Assembly (NCBI RefSeq): GCF_006345805.1 | Contig: NC_043000.1 | Location: forward strand, 12,710,001-12,774,000 | DNA from: Octopus sinensis | Lineage: Eukaryota | DNA length: 64,000 nt | Direction of reading: 5' to 3' | In this document: positions 12,188 through 25,520 of the stretch, piece after piece | How the letters are laid out: each line of letters opens with the position of its first letter | Numbering within the stretch: the stretch's first letter is position 1 | Notes under the pieces: generated by a model | Databases searched by the model: none | What the model saw: the letters and a program-made list of their open reading frames with translations, nothing else | Told to the model about the DNA's origin: nothing | Position numbers and translations under genes: made by a program

Positions 12188-12604
12188 GGATCTTTTCGGT
12201 TTGAACGGCAGTTTTTTCTAGCGGTGTCATATGAAATTGTCACCCATAATTATGACTCTAGTATCGATCTATTGCATTTCAATCTGTTTTAGGGTTAAGG
12301 TTGGGGGTGGGGGAAGGGTATCTTTTTTTCTTCAGAAATGTAAATAAACCCAATCTGTTTCTTAAACGAGGGACATATTCATACGGCACAGAATGTTTTC
12401 ACCTCAATAGACGTCATTGATTGGTTGAAATTGCAGAAATTGAAGAAGAAAAAACAACAAATATCTTACAAACTATAGAATTTTCTCAATAAAGCCAAGA
12501 GAAAAAGATGTTTTATAAACACATTCTACCAGTATACGAAGTTTAAAAGTGTTTAGTTACGAGGAAATCATTTTAAAAAACTGCCGTTCAAACCCAAAAG
12601 ATCC
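12188..12604. mobile_element. MITE with ~30-bp TIRs and 8-bp TSD (Merlin-like)
   Basis: TIRs GGATCTTTTCGGTTTGAACGGCAGTTTTTT / AAAAAACTGCCGTTCAAACCCAAAAGATCC. Perfect TSD CTGGTAGG at 12180-12187 and 12605-12612. A 5'-GG terminus plus 8-bp TSD fits Merlin; the superfamily call is inference. Confidence 0.85.
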
Positions 12605-13040
12605 CTGGTAGGTAAATCCGAATAAAAGAATATGCAACTTGCAGCACAGAAATGTAAAAACAAACGATAGTCGGTGCACTCTAGATAACTGAGCACTGTG
12701 GGTGGTCGATAGGACGCGATTTTGCCGTACAAGCAGAAACTATTACTGATCGCCGCTGACCCATGTTACGACAGATCAATCCGTAATAAGTGTAACATGG
12801 TTCAAATTGAGCGTACCGTGTTGTCGCGGATCAGTGATGAATGAACAAGACGAGAACTTTTTTATCAACGCCGGAAAGTGAAAGGCAAACATGACCTTGG
12901 CGAGATTTGAATAATCAAAACATAAGGAATAATAATAATACCGCAAGAATTTTGTCATTTTGACCCTAAATTATTAAACTTTACAGAAAGAGAATTTTGA
13001 ATAATCTTCGTGGTGGATCTCATGGTGAGATCGTTTTGCT

Positions 13041-13726
13041 GTGGAGGCACATGGCCTAGTGGTTAGAGCAGCGGATTTGCGGTCGAGGGATCGCGTGTTC
13101 GAATCTCAGACCGGGCTATGCGTGTGTTTATGAGCGAAACACCTAAGCTCCACGCGGCTCCGGTGGAAGGTAATGGCGAACTTCTGCTGACTCTTTCGCC
13201 ACAACTTTCTCTCACTCTTTCCTCCTGCATCTTGCAGCTCACCTGCGACGGACCGGCGTCCCGTCCAGGTGGGGAACCTATACGCCAAGGAAACCGGGAA
13301 ACCGGCCCTTATGAGCCAGGCGTGGCTCGAGAAGGAACAAACCATCTTCGTTTTGCAACCAGCTGGTTTCGGATTCAGTGGCACCTTGGACAACTGTCTT
13401 TTACTATAGCTCCAAGCTGACCAATGCCTTGTAAGTGAATTTGATAGGCGGAAACTTGTTTCCCAGTTCCCAGTTTCCTTGGCGTATAGGTTCCCCATCT
13501 GGACGGGACGCCGGTCCGTCGCAGGTGAGCTGCAAGATGCAGGAGGAAAGAGTGAGAGAAAGTTGTGGCGAAAGAGTCAGCAGAAGTTCGCCATTACCTT
13601 CTGTCGGAGTCGCGTGAAGCTTAGGTGTTTCGCTCATAAACACACACATCGCCCGGTCTGAGATTCGAACCCGCGATCCCTCGACTGCGAGTCCGCTTCT
13701 CTAACCACTCGGCCATGTGCCTCCAC
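13041..13726. mobile_element. Inverted pair of family-B-related SINEs (13041-13342 +, 13468-13726 -)
   Basis: The two copies are near-identical reverse complements. The minus copy is inserted in an old family-D SINE with TSD gcggaaacttgt. Confidence 0.85.
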
Positions 13727-14559
13727 CAAGCGGAAACTTGTGGAAGCCTGTCATGCGAGTATTTGTCTTTGTCTTCCACCACAGCTTGACAACTGGTGTT
13801 GATTGTTTGCACATTGGATGTTAATCCTAAACATATAATGCCCGAGAGGGGGTGACCTAGAGAGGGGACGATGGTATGCATTAGTGACTGTTGGTCTTCC
13901 ATAAAACAAACTTGTTCGGACTTGTGCCTCTGAGGGGAACTTCCAAGGTGCAAAATCATGGTCATTCCTCACCGAAAGGAGTCTTTACCGTTTACCCTAT
14001 ATATATATATATATATGATAGACAGACAGACAGACAGATATTATAATCTTCATCATCATCATTAATTAAACACAATATTATATTCTCATATGAGTCAATT
14101 TACCAATCAGTTCCATACAAGGAGTTGAGATAATCTTGGCAATCATCAAAAAGGCTGATATAAGAATATATTTCATTACATTATTAATAATATCCCCACT
14201 CTATTATCCACCAGTATATGAGCGCCTGTTTTTTCTGACAAGTCAATTTGTAGACAAATACGTATGCATGCATGAAAAGATGGATGGATAGACAGAGAAG
14301 AGCCTGTCTCCGAGATACGTTTGTTAGAGTATGTCGACTAAGAATAATCGTACATAATAAATACATACACATTACATTTGTATGTCCAATACGTATAAAC
14401 ATGGTAATATAAAAATTATAACATGTATGTGAGCGTTCACAGATAAGGCAAGACAGATCGATATGACACATATAATTACAAATAAGTGAAAGTCTTTCTT
14501 AGGCTACATCTATATGAATGTTTACTAGAGTGAGAGCAGAAATACCTGAATGCATATTT

Positions 14560-15387
14560 GAGTGTGTGTGTGTGTATATGTGTGTGTGTATGTATATATA
14601 TATATACTATATACATATATATCTATATATATATATATATATATTATAATATATATATATATACACACACCACCCACACATATATATATGTATCATATAT
14701 ATTTATATATAATAATATTACATACATATATTTATATACATATATACATACATATATTTATATACATATATACATATATATATTTATATACATATATACA
14801 TATATATATTTATATACATATATACATATATATATTTATATACATATATACATATATATATTTATATACATAATACATCTATATATTTTTATTACATATG
14901 ATACATATATATATTTATATACATATATACATATATATATATACATACATATATACATATATATATACATACATATACATATATATATATACATACATAT
15001 ACATATATATACATACATATGCATATATATATACATACATATACATATATATACATACATATACATATATATATACATACATATATATATACATACATAT
15101 ACATATATATATACATACATAGGTATACATATATATACATATGTATACATATATACACATATGTATACATACATTTATATACATTTGTATACATACATAT
15201 ATATACATATGTATACATATATATATATACATATGTATACATATATATACATATGTATACATATGCATGTATATATATGTGTATATAATATATATATATA
15301 TACATATGTATACATATATATGTATATATATATGTGTATATACATATGTATACATATATATATATAAATACATACACATATATATAT

Positions 15388-15430
<43 letters not shown>

Positions 15431-15520
15431 TATACATATATACATATACATACATACACATATGCACATACATACATACATACATACATACATACATACA
15501 TACATACATACATACATACA

Positions 15521-15552
<32 letters not shown>

Positions 15553-17066
15553 AAACTTTGATATGTTTCGACCAAAGATTGGTCCAGGCCATGTCTAACT
15601 TAACAGCACCATCTGATAGGATTATCTAAATCCTTTTTAAGTCAAGTTTTGTGGTATTATTGTCCATTCACGTAGTGAGTTCTTGTTGAGTGAGTTGCAT
15701 CCAGGTATGGGTGGTTTATCTGGTATTCCTTGAAGAAATTTGTCCAGACTCCGTTTAAAGGTGATGAGATCTTTTTGCTCTTTGATCAGTTTTGGGACAA
15801 TGTTAAACAGAGAAGGGCCTGCTGAGGAAAAGAAATTGTGTCGCAGTGTACGTATATGTTGTAATCTTGAATTGGGCAGCAGACGTATGGCCCGTGGTCC
15901 CAGGCTTGGATGAACCTTGAAACTAATGTTCAGGTCATTTGGGCAACGCTGGCGGTATATTCTCCGCGTCGTGCAAATGATGTACCGCTCGCGGCGACGC
16001 AGGAGAGAGTTGAGTTTCAAGGCTTAAGGCGGTCCCAGTAATCGAGATCAGTCATGCCTTCAATTCGTTTAGTGAGTGCCCTCTGGGGTGATTCAATTTT
16101 CGAGATGTTTTGTTTTGTATGGGGAGATCACAAGAGGCAGCAGTATTCGATGTGTGACCGTACAAAGGAGGAGAAAAGTAGAATGATGACACCTTGTTCT
16201 CTGGACCGGAGGGTTCTTAAGATCCAGGATATATACATACATACACACACACACACATATACATATACCATATATATATACATACATATACCATATATAT
16301 ATATACACACACATACTATTATACCATATATATATACATATACACACATACCATATATATATATACACACACATACTATTATACCATATATATATACATA
16401 TACACACATACCATATATATACATATATACACATACCATATATATACATATATATATATATATACACATACCATATATATACATATATATATATATATAC
16501 ACATACCATATATATACATATATATATAATATATACACATACCATATATATACATATATATATATATACACATACCATATATATTACATATATATATATA
16601 TACACATACCATATATAACTATATATATATATACACACCATATATACATATATATATATATATACACATACCATATATATACATATATATATATACACAT
16701 ACCAGATATATACACATACCATATATATACATATATATATATACACATACCATATATATACCTATATATTATATACATATATATATATACATACATCATA
16801 CATATATATATACATACATATATATATACATACATATATATATATACATACATATATTAATATACATACATATATATACATACATATTATATATATTACA
16901 TACATATAATATATATACATACATAATAATACATACTACATATATACATATATATACATACATATATATAGATACATATATAAACACATATATATATATA
17001 CACATATATATATATACACACATATACACATATATATATATACACATATATTATATATACACACAC

Positions 17067-17099
<33 letters not shown>

Positions 17100-17780
17100 T
17101 ATATATATATACACATATATATATATACACACATATATATACACATATATATATATACACATATATATATATATACATATATACATATATATATACACAT
17201 ATATATATATATATATTTATATACACACACATATATACATATATATATATCCATATACGTATATATACATACACACAGACACACACACACACACATAGAC
17301 ACACACCCATCAGTGTGAGAGAGCATATATTACATATAGGTGTGTATCCAGATGTGGAAATTGAAGTTGTGTGTTTGAACGGGCGTATATACGAAATGTG
17401 ACCGAGATAGTGAGCAAAAATGTATGTATGTATGTACGTATGTATGTATATATGTCTGTATGTATGTTTGTGTGTATGTGTGTGTATGTGCATATGTGTG
17501 TATGTATGTGTGTATTATGTATGTGTGTGTATGCGTGTGTATGTATGTATGTATGTATGTGTGTATGTATGTATGTGTGTATGTATGTATGTGTATGTAT
17601 GTATGTGTGTGTGTATGTATGTGTGCGTATGTGTATGTATGTGTGTGTGTATGTATGTGCGTATGTGTATGTATGTATGTGTGTAAGTGTGTGTGTGCGT
17701 ATGTATGTGCGTATGTATGTATGTATGTATGTATGTATGCATGTATGTATGTATGTATGTGTGTGTAAGTATGTAGATAG
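14560..17780. repeat. Large degenerate (TA)/(CA)/(TACA) microsatellite fields
   Basis: Fields at 14560-15550, 16230-17300 and 17420-17780. Similar fields at 7480-7820, 22460-22990, 30315-30815 and 44590-44795. These are the source of the YI/CV-rich pseudo-ORFs. Confidence 0.95.
15590..16230 (-). mobile_element. Decayed CR1/L2-group LINE 3' fragment
   Basis: VRSHIEYCCLL.SP, IESPQR..TKRI, RRRERYII and FKRSLDKFL motifs, interrupted by a stop and a frameshift. Confidence 0.75.
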
Positions 17781-18384
17781 ATAGAAGGAGAGAGGGGTGA
17801 GGGAAAGAACGAGAGACAGAATTCCAAAAAAAAAAAAATACCCGTATTCCCGAATTAAAGCGGGACTACCTACGGCCACCCTCCACACATGCCATTTGTG
17901 TGCGTGTGGCCGATACGGTTAAAAAAGTTCGTTTCGCGATCATGAGCATCCGACTTCGATCTCTCCCTACGCGACCCTTTAGCCATTATCTTTCACTATA
18001 AGCCTCGGATTGACCTAAGTCCTGTGAGTAAAAAATGAGAAGACGAAAGCTATGAAAGCTACACTCAAGATGGATTTTTATCTCTAACTCAAAGGTCCAG
18101 CTCCGTTCCTCACTATGTCTGTCACGCTGACCCTAAGTGTACAACATGCATTCACAGAACACTTAGCTACTTAGAAAATAATTTCCATGAATGACTAGGA
18201 AAGCTCTGTTGATCGAGCTGGAATATTCACCGTCGAAGCCGACGGAAAACCGATTTAATTTAAACCTACTTATATCTGTGTGGTGTGAATATATATAAAT
18301 TTATATAATGCTCACACAGATTCCCAAACATTAAGATATACATTATGTTTATTCATTAGAGACAGACATTATATATATATGTGT

Positions 18385-18425
<41 letters not shown>

Positions 18426-18461
<36 letters not shown>

Positions 18462-18506
18462 TAGATAGATAAGTAGATAGACAGATATATAGATAGATAG
18501 ATAGAC

Positions 18507-18581
<75 letters not shown>

Positions 18582-18790
18582 CAGATAGATAGATAGACAG
18601 ATAGATAGATAGACAGATAGATAGATAGACAGATAGATAGATAGATAGACAGATAGATAGATAGACAGATAGATAGATAGATAGACAGATAGATAGATAG
18701 ACAGATAGATAGATAGACAGATAGATAGATAGATAGACAGATAGATAGATAGATAGACAGATAGATAGATAGACAGATAGATAGATAGAC

Positions 18791-18853
<63 letters not shown>

Positions 18854-18862
18854 CAGATAGAT
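18426..18862. repeat. (GA)n followed by a (GATA/GACA)n array
   Basis: About 400 bp of GATA with interspersed GACA. Related arrays at 20480-20770, 21090-21876 ((TATC)n with higher-order TAACTG units) and 36608-36684. Confidence 0.95.
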
Positions 18863-20017
18863 ATACAAATCTAAATGTCTGCGCGAAAGAATCGAAAACA
18901 CACACACGTACTCAAGCCTTTGAGTAGAAGTGATATCAGAGTACAAGACGACCCTATCAACAAAACTGTTACTACACATTATCGGCAGACATCACCTCAT
19001 CCTCTACATCCTAACTTCCATACAACATACGTCTATGGTTACATTCAAGCAAAATTCTGTCCGCTGTAAAGACGCCCGAAGTCGACAGAACGTCTTGACA
19101 CGATGTCAAATGCCGACACTGCAGTCTAGTGCAACTGCAAAGACTAGGGCGACAATTTACACTTATACACTGCCGCCACCTCTTGGGAAACACGAACGAG
19201 AAGGCGGGAATGAAAAGAGAAACAGTAAATGTATGCAGGAATATATGGAGAAGAATTCAAGAAGAAAAGGGAAGGAATGTAAGGAAAGGAAAAGAATAGA
19301 AATGAAAGAAGCGGAAAGATGGGAAGAATGGAAAGAGAAGGAAGGAAATAAGAACGAAAGGAAGAAGCAGATGAAAGACTCGGAAAGAATAAAGAAATAG
19401 GAATGGCAAAGAAAAAAAAGAAGGAAACGAAATAAAGGAGAAGAATGAATGCAAGGAAAGAATTGAAATAAAAGAACCCCCCCTTCAAGGAGTGAAGAAA
19501 GGAAAATGTGAAGGAAAGAAAATAATGAAAGCGGGGGAAAAAAGGCGAGAACGTGAAAGATAAATAAATAAGAGAAAAAGTAGAAAGATCGAAAAAATAT
19601 AAGAATCAAATGAAGAGTACAACATCCCGCCACAAAGAAAATATTTAATAAGTACAAATGAAAATGAAAGAAAGGATTGATGCGGAGAAAGAGCTTACGA
19701 ATTGCTATGGGAACTCCCAGTAGGTTTAAGGAAAGCAACAAGACAAAAAAAAATTTCATTCATTCATTTATGTAGAAATTGATAGTATAAAAGAATGAAG
19801 AATATATATCTGCAATCTGCACACCACGTATCTCGCGCGCGTGGTGTGTGTGTGTGTGTGTACTTCTTTATAGAATAGTGGATCTCGAAGAAGATAAAGT
19901 TAAAAATAATAACGTATAAATATCGGATTAAAACCCCTGCATAGAAAGTCGAAGGGTGCCCTGGGGTATATTTATGTATGCATGTATGTGTGTGGTGTGT
20001 ATATATATATATATAGA

Positions 20018-20052
<35 letters not shown>

Positions 20053-20054
<2 letters not shown>

Positions 20055-20443
20055 TTATAAAAATATGGTAAAGTTAAATAATTTACTTTTACAACACACC
20101 GAACTTTTTAGAAATAGCCGCCAAAAATTTGGCTATTTCTTCAACTGCAAGAAAAAGTCTCCCAGACAATGCATACTCAGAAATAACTGCTCGGTCGAAT
20201 TAATAATATTCAATTAATTCTACCCTTTTTTATTGACTATATATATATATATATATAATATTTATAAAAATAGGGTAAAGTAAAATAATTTACTTTACCA
20301 CACACACCGAACTTTTTAGAAATAGCAGCCAAAAATTTGGCTATTTCTTCAACTGCAAGAAAAAGTCTCCCAGACAATGCATACTCAGAAATAACTGCTC
20401 GGTCGAATTAATTAATATTCAATTAATTCTACCCTTTTTTATT

Positions 20444-20449
<6 letters not shown>
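20053..20449. repeat. Two tandem ~190-bp direct repeats separated by (TA)n, each with a 10-bp hairpin
   Basis: 20053-20240 is nearly identical to 20260-20449. Hairpin AGAAATAGCC...GGCTATTTCT. Confidence 0.8.
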
Positions 20450-20482
<33 letters not shown>

Positions 20483-20627
20483 TAGATAGATATATAGATA
20501 GATATATAGATAGATATATAGATAGATATATAGATAGATATATAGATAGATATATAGATAGATATATATATAGATAGATAGTAGATATATATATAGATAG
20601 ATAGATAATATAGATAGATATATAGAT

Positions 20628-20658
<31 letters not shown>

Positions 20659-20716
20659 TCGTAGATAGATAGATAGATAGATAGATATATAGATAGTAAT
20701 AGATGATAGATAGATG

Positions 20717-20757
<41 letters not shown>

Positions 20758-21283
20758 GAGAGAGAGAGATGATTTCTATGGCAAGTGACTTCATTAAGAC
20801 CGTGTGCTAAAAGTGAAACAACTGCACCGCGGAAGAACACGATACCTATTTTTAACATTACACATATACCGTTATATGTGTATTCGTTTTTACTTGACAC
20901 TTTGTAGGATTATAATACAGTAAAAGTGTCCCATATTTTCGTTGTTCGGTCGGTAAAAGGCACGACGTAATTTATCATTACTATTATATAGACACCTCGT
21001 AGGATGTGGAAATAATACTACAAACATGAGACGATAGTTAATTTTATGTAATGTGTCCTATCGAGACGTAATTGTCCACATATGCATCTATCTATCCGTC
21101 TGTCTAACCATCCATCTATCTCTCTGTCTGTGTCTATCCAACCATGTGTCTATCTATCTCTGCCTATCTAACTATCTGTCTATGTAACTGCCTATCTATC
21201 TATCTATCTACCTATCTATCTATGCCTATCTAACTGCCTATATATCTATCTATCTCTGTCTGCCTATCTAACTGTCTGTCTTC

Positions 21284-21322
<39 letters not shown>

Positions 21323-21335
21323 ACTGTCTATGTGC

Positions 21336-21373
<38 letters not shown>

Positions 21374-21472
21374 CTGCCTATCTAACTATCTGTCTATGTA
21401 ACTGCCTATATATCTATCTATCTCTGTCTGCCTATCTAACTGTCTGTCTTCCTATCTATCTATCTCTGTCTT

Positions 21473-21504
<32 letters not shown>

Positions 21505-21605
21505 ACTGTCTATGTGCCTATCTATCTATCTATCTCTGCCTATCTAACTATCTGTCTATGTAACTGCCTATCTAACTGCCTATATATCTATCTATCTCTG
21601 TCTTC

Positions 21606-21647
<42 letters not shown>

Positions 21648-21723
21648 CTGCGTATCTAACTGTCTGTCTGCCTAACTATCTGTCTATGTAACTGCCTATC
21701 TAACTGCCTATCTATCTAACTGC

Positions 21724-21773
<50 letters not shown>

Positions 21774-21797
21774 CTGCCTATCTAACTGTCTGTCTTC

Positions 21798-21833
<36 letters not shown>

Positions 21834-21836
21834 ATA

Positions 21837-21878
<42 letters not shown>

Positions 21879-22462
21879 CCTTTATTTCTTACAACGATAC
21901 TTGTGTGTGTGGGTGTGGTAGATATATGTATGGATGCAAATATACGTGTCAAAGGTTCACAACTTTTGAATACTAAAAAAATAAAACAAGATTTACGAGC
22001 GGTAGATCTGGATGTATTAAAAAAAAAAACAAGAAAACCCCAGAAAAACTGGCAATATTTTATTTATCATTTGAGACAACAGATTCACCCATATCTAAAC
22101 AAGAAACATTAATGAAAATAGTTTTGTTCAACACACTCACTGAAAAGTTAAAAAATCAAACACGGACGGTAGAGCCTTAGAAATTAAATTAAATAATTTA
22201 ACAATCTCATCAATAACATGGTGCCCAAGCATGACCTCTGTGTGTGTGTGTGTGTGTGTGTGTACACACCTGCTAATTCGTGTGACTTTCAAGTCGGAGA
22301 TGTGCAGCGAAAATATGGGACACTATATAATCCCACAAAGTGTCAAGTAAAATTGAATAACGGTATATCATGTGTGTGTTAAAAATAGCTAACGTGATTC
22401 TTCTGCGATGCAGTCGTTTCACTTTTAGCACGGCCTTAATAAAGCCGCTTGCCATATAAATC

Positions 22463-22496
<34 letters not shown>

Positions 22497-22509
22497 ATGT
22501 GTATACACG

Positions 22510-22553
<44 letters not shown>

Positions 22554-22896
22554 CACGCATATATACATATACGCATATATACATATACGTACATATACAT
22601 ATACGCATATATACATATACATACATATACGTATATACATATATATATATACACACACACAAGTATACATATACGTATATACATATATATATACATACAT
22701 ATACGTATATACATATATATGTGTATATACGTATGTGTGTGTATACACGCATATATATATATGTACATATATATATTTGTAAACACACAAACACACTATA
22801 CATACATACCTACACACACATACACATACGGATAGATACATATATCTATATATGCACACATACGTGTGTATATATCTCTCTCTCTCTATCTCTCTC

Positions 22897-22966
<70 letters not shown>

Positions 22967-23570
22967 TGTACATGTACATGTTTGTGTGTATGTACATATA
23001 TATATGCATATACGTCAGTATGTATTCCTGTGTGTGCGGCGCGCGCGCAATCAATACATCTCAGCACTTGCAGTCTAAATCGATCGAGGAATCGCAAAAA
23101 AAAAACCGGCATCACAAGGAATCAGCCGAACTAATAAAATTATACCCCCAATACCCTATATTAAGCACTTCTCCTGTTTGCTATAAACAACGTATTATAT
23201 AGTAATTATATAACTATTAATATAGTAATTATCTAAAACGTAAACAGTTGATATTTTTTAATCCATATAAACACAGCTACAGCCTCTGTCGTGAATGCCT
23301 GGTTCGATTCCTGAGAGAGAAAAATCTAGTTCACATCTTTCTCTTTTAGTTGATGTCAAATCTTTAAAGACTTAATTTTCGAACCTCAAGTGTTTTTCTC
23401 TCTAATATATTATTTGCATCTATTTGGGTGTTAAACATAGTACTGCAACACTATTTTAAATATTGCGTTCTATCCATGAACTCTATAGTTATTCGGCATT
23501 CGTGGGACGGGAGGATTTATGCATGATAGTATCCTTTTACGTGCTGCCTCCTATCGGATTCCAGACGAGT

Positions 23571-23623
<53 letters not shown>

Positions 23624-23705
23624 GTCCAAGAATGGTATTTGGGAGCGCAATGTATTTATTCCTTAGATGCGTGCGTTTCAACAATACGTAGAATTTTTTT
23701 TCCAT

Positions 23706-23906
23706 ACTCTCTTTTACTCTTTTACTTGTTTCAGTCATTTGACTGCGGCCATGCTGGAGCGCCGCCTTCAGTCGAGCAAATCGATCCCAAGACTTATTCT
23801 TTGTAAGCCTAGTACTTATTCTGTCGGTCTCTTTTGCCGAACCGCCAAGTTACGAGGACGTAAACACACCAGCATCGGTTGTCAAGCGATGTTAAGGGGA
23901 GAAACA

Positions 23907-23958
<52 letters not shown>

Positions 23959-23980
23959 TACATACATACATACTACATAC

Positions 23981-24030
<50 letters not shown>

Positions 24031-24193
24031 GACGGGCTTCTTTCAGTTTCCGTCTACCAAATCCACTCACAAGGCTTTGGTCAGTCCGAGGCTATAGTAG
24101 AAGACACTTGCTCAAGGTGCCACGCAGTGGGAATGAACCCAGAACCATGTGGTTGGTAAGCAAGCTGCTTACCACACAGCCACTGCTGCGCCA
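23706..24193 (-). mobile_element. tRNA-derived SINE family D with internal microsatellite
   Basis: Head GGCGCAG.AGTGGCTGTGTGGTAAG...GGGTTCA.TCCC, CORE-like CACCTTGAGCAAGTGTCTT, internal (TA)(TG)n and tail ...GAAACAAGTAAAAGAG. Other copies at 46916-47120, 47850-48257, 51220-51620, 58942-59532, 60138-60530 and 61457-61820. Confidence 0.85.
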
Positions 24194-24791
24194 AAACCAT
24201 GAATATAAATATGAATAAAAATAAAAATGGTTTGTAGTACTGGTTTCAGATTTTGGCGCAAGGGTTGCAATTTCGTAGGAAGGACTAAGTCGTTTACACC
24301 AACCTCATAGTTCAACTGGTACTTTGTTTGATCGACCTCAAAAGGATGAAAAAGAAAGGCAACCCCGGAGGCATTTGAGCTCAGAAAATTAAATCGTAAG
24401 AAAGGCTCTTAAAACTTTTTTTCCGTCACTGTAACGACTCTGCCAGCTCGCCACCTCTCAAATGACTTAAATCAGCGCGCCGGTAGAATTGTTAGCACGC
24501 CGGACAAAATGCTTAGCGGCAGTTCATCCGTCTTTATGTACCGAGTTCAAATTCCACCGAGGTTTACTTTGCCTTTCGTCCTTTCGGGGTTTATAAAATA
24601 AGTACCAGTTGAGTACTGGGGGGGGGGGTCGATGCAATCGACTTCCCCCACCCACCGAACTTTGCAGGCCTTGTGTCGAAATTTGAAATCGATATTATAA
24701 CGTATCACATGTGATCGATCCATCAGACAAGGTTAAATAGCAATACAATTTACACTCGGAAGATACTAGTACTCTTTCTCTCTCTCTCTCC

Positions 24792-24822
<31 letters not shown>

Positions 24823-25111
24823 GTATGTATGTATGTATGTATGTATGTATTTATGTATGTATGTATGTATGTATGTGGGTTTGTATGCATGTATGTGTGT
24901 AAGTTTAAAGCTCGAAATTTGCATAGGAAAATCAAAAGTGACATTCATACATTTCCCAAAGGCTTTTTTTATTGAAATACTAAATATGAACATATGACGG
25001 TTTTGGTGGTGAAGTGTTGTTCGTTTTAAAATAAAGTACTAATACAGAACTTGGAGTCACGTCACACACAAGAAACACGAATTGCTCAATCGCAGTTTCA
25101 GAAAACACTCG

Positions 25112-25112
25112 T

Positions 25113-25148
<36 letters not shown>

Positions 25149-25187
25149 TAGTAGTAGTAGTAGTAGTGGTGGTGGTGGTGGTGGTGA

Positions 25188-25218
<31 letters not shown>

Positions 25219-25311
25219 GGTGGCGGCGAAGTCGAGTTTCAAGGAGAAAAGAGTGTTGTGAAGATGTGATGTTCATGAGTAGAAGCGACTGAATGTGATA
25301 TAGCTACAATG

Positions 25312-25354
<43 letters not shown>

Positions 25355-25520
25355 CATTGGTAGTAGTAGTAGTAGTAGTAGTAGTAGCGGCGGCGTTGGT
25401 GGTGGTGGTGGTTTTGTTAATGCTAATTGCAGTGCTGGTGATAATATGATGATGATGATGATGACGACAGCAGTGTGGTGATGGTGGAGATGGAGGTGAT
25501 GATGGTGGAGGTCGTTGTTC
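25112..25520. repeat. (TAG)n/(TGG)n/(TGA)n trinucleotide cluster
   Basis: Direct reading. Source of the poly-T/H/Y pseudo-ORFs. Confidence 0.9.

Noticed and set aside
14558-17888. Long ORFs rich in Y/I/H/T or C/V/M (also 7471-7920, 18356-18979, 22273-23202, 30151-30957, 37117-38606)
   Set aside because: These are translations of stop-free microsatellite and low-complexity frames, with no protein signal.
23490-23575. GC-rich segment considered as an HDV-like or twister ribozyme
   Set aside because: I could not assemble the required nested pseudoknot pairings on either strand.
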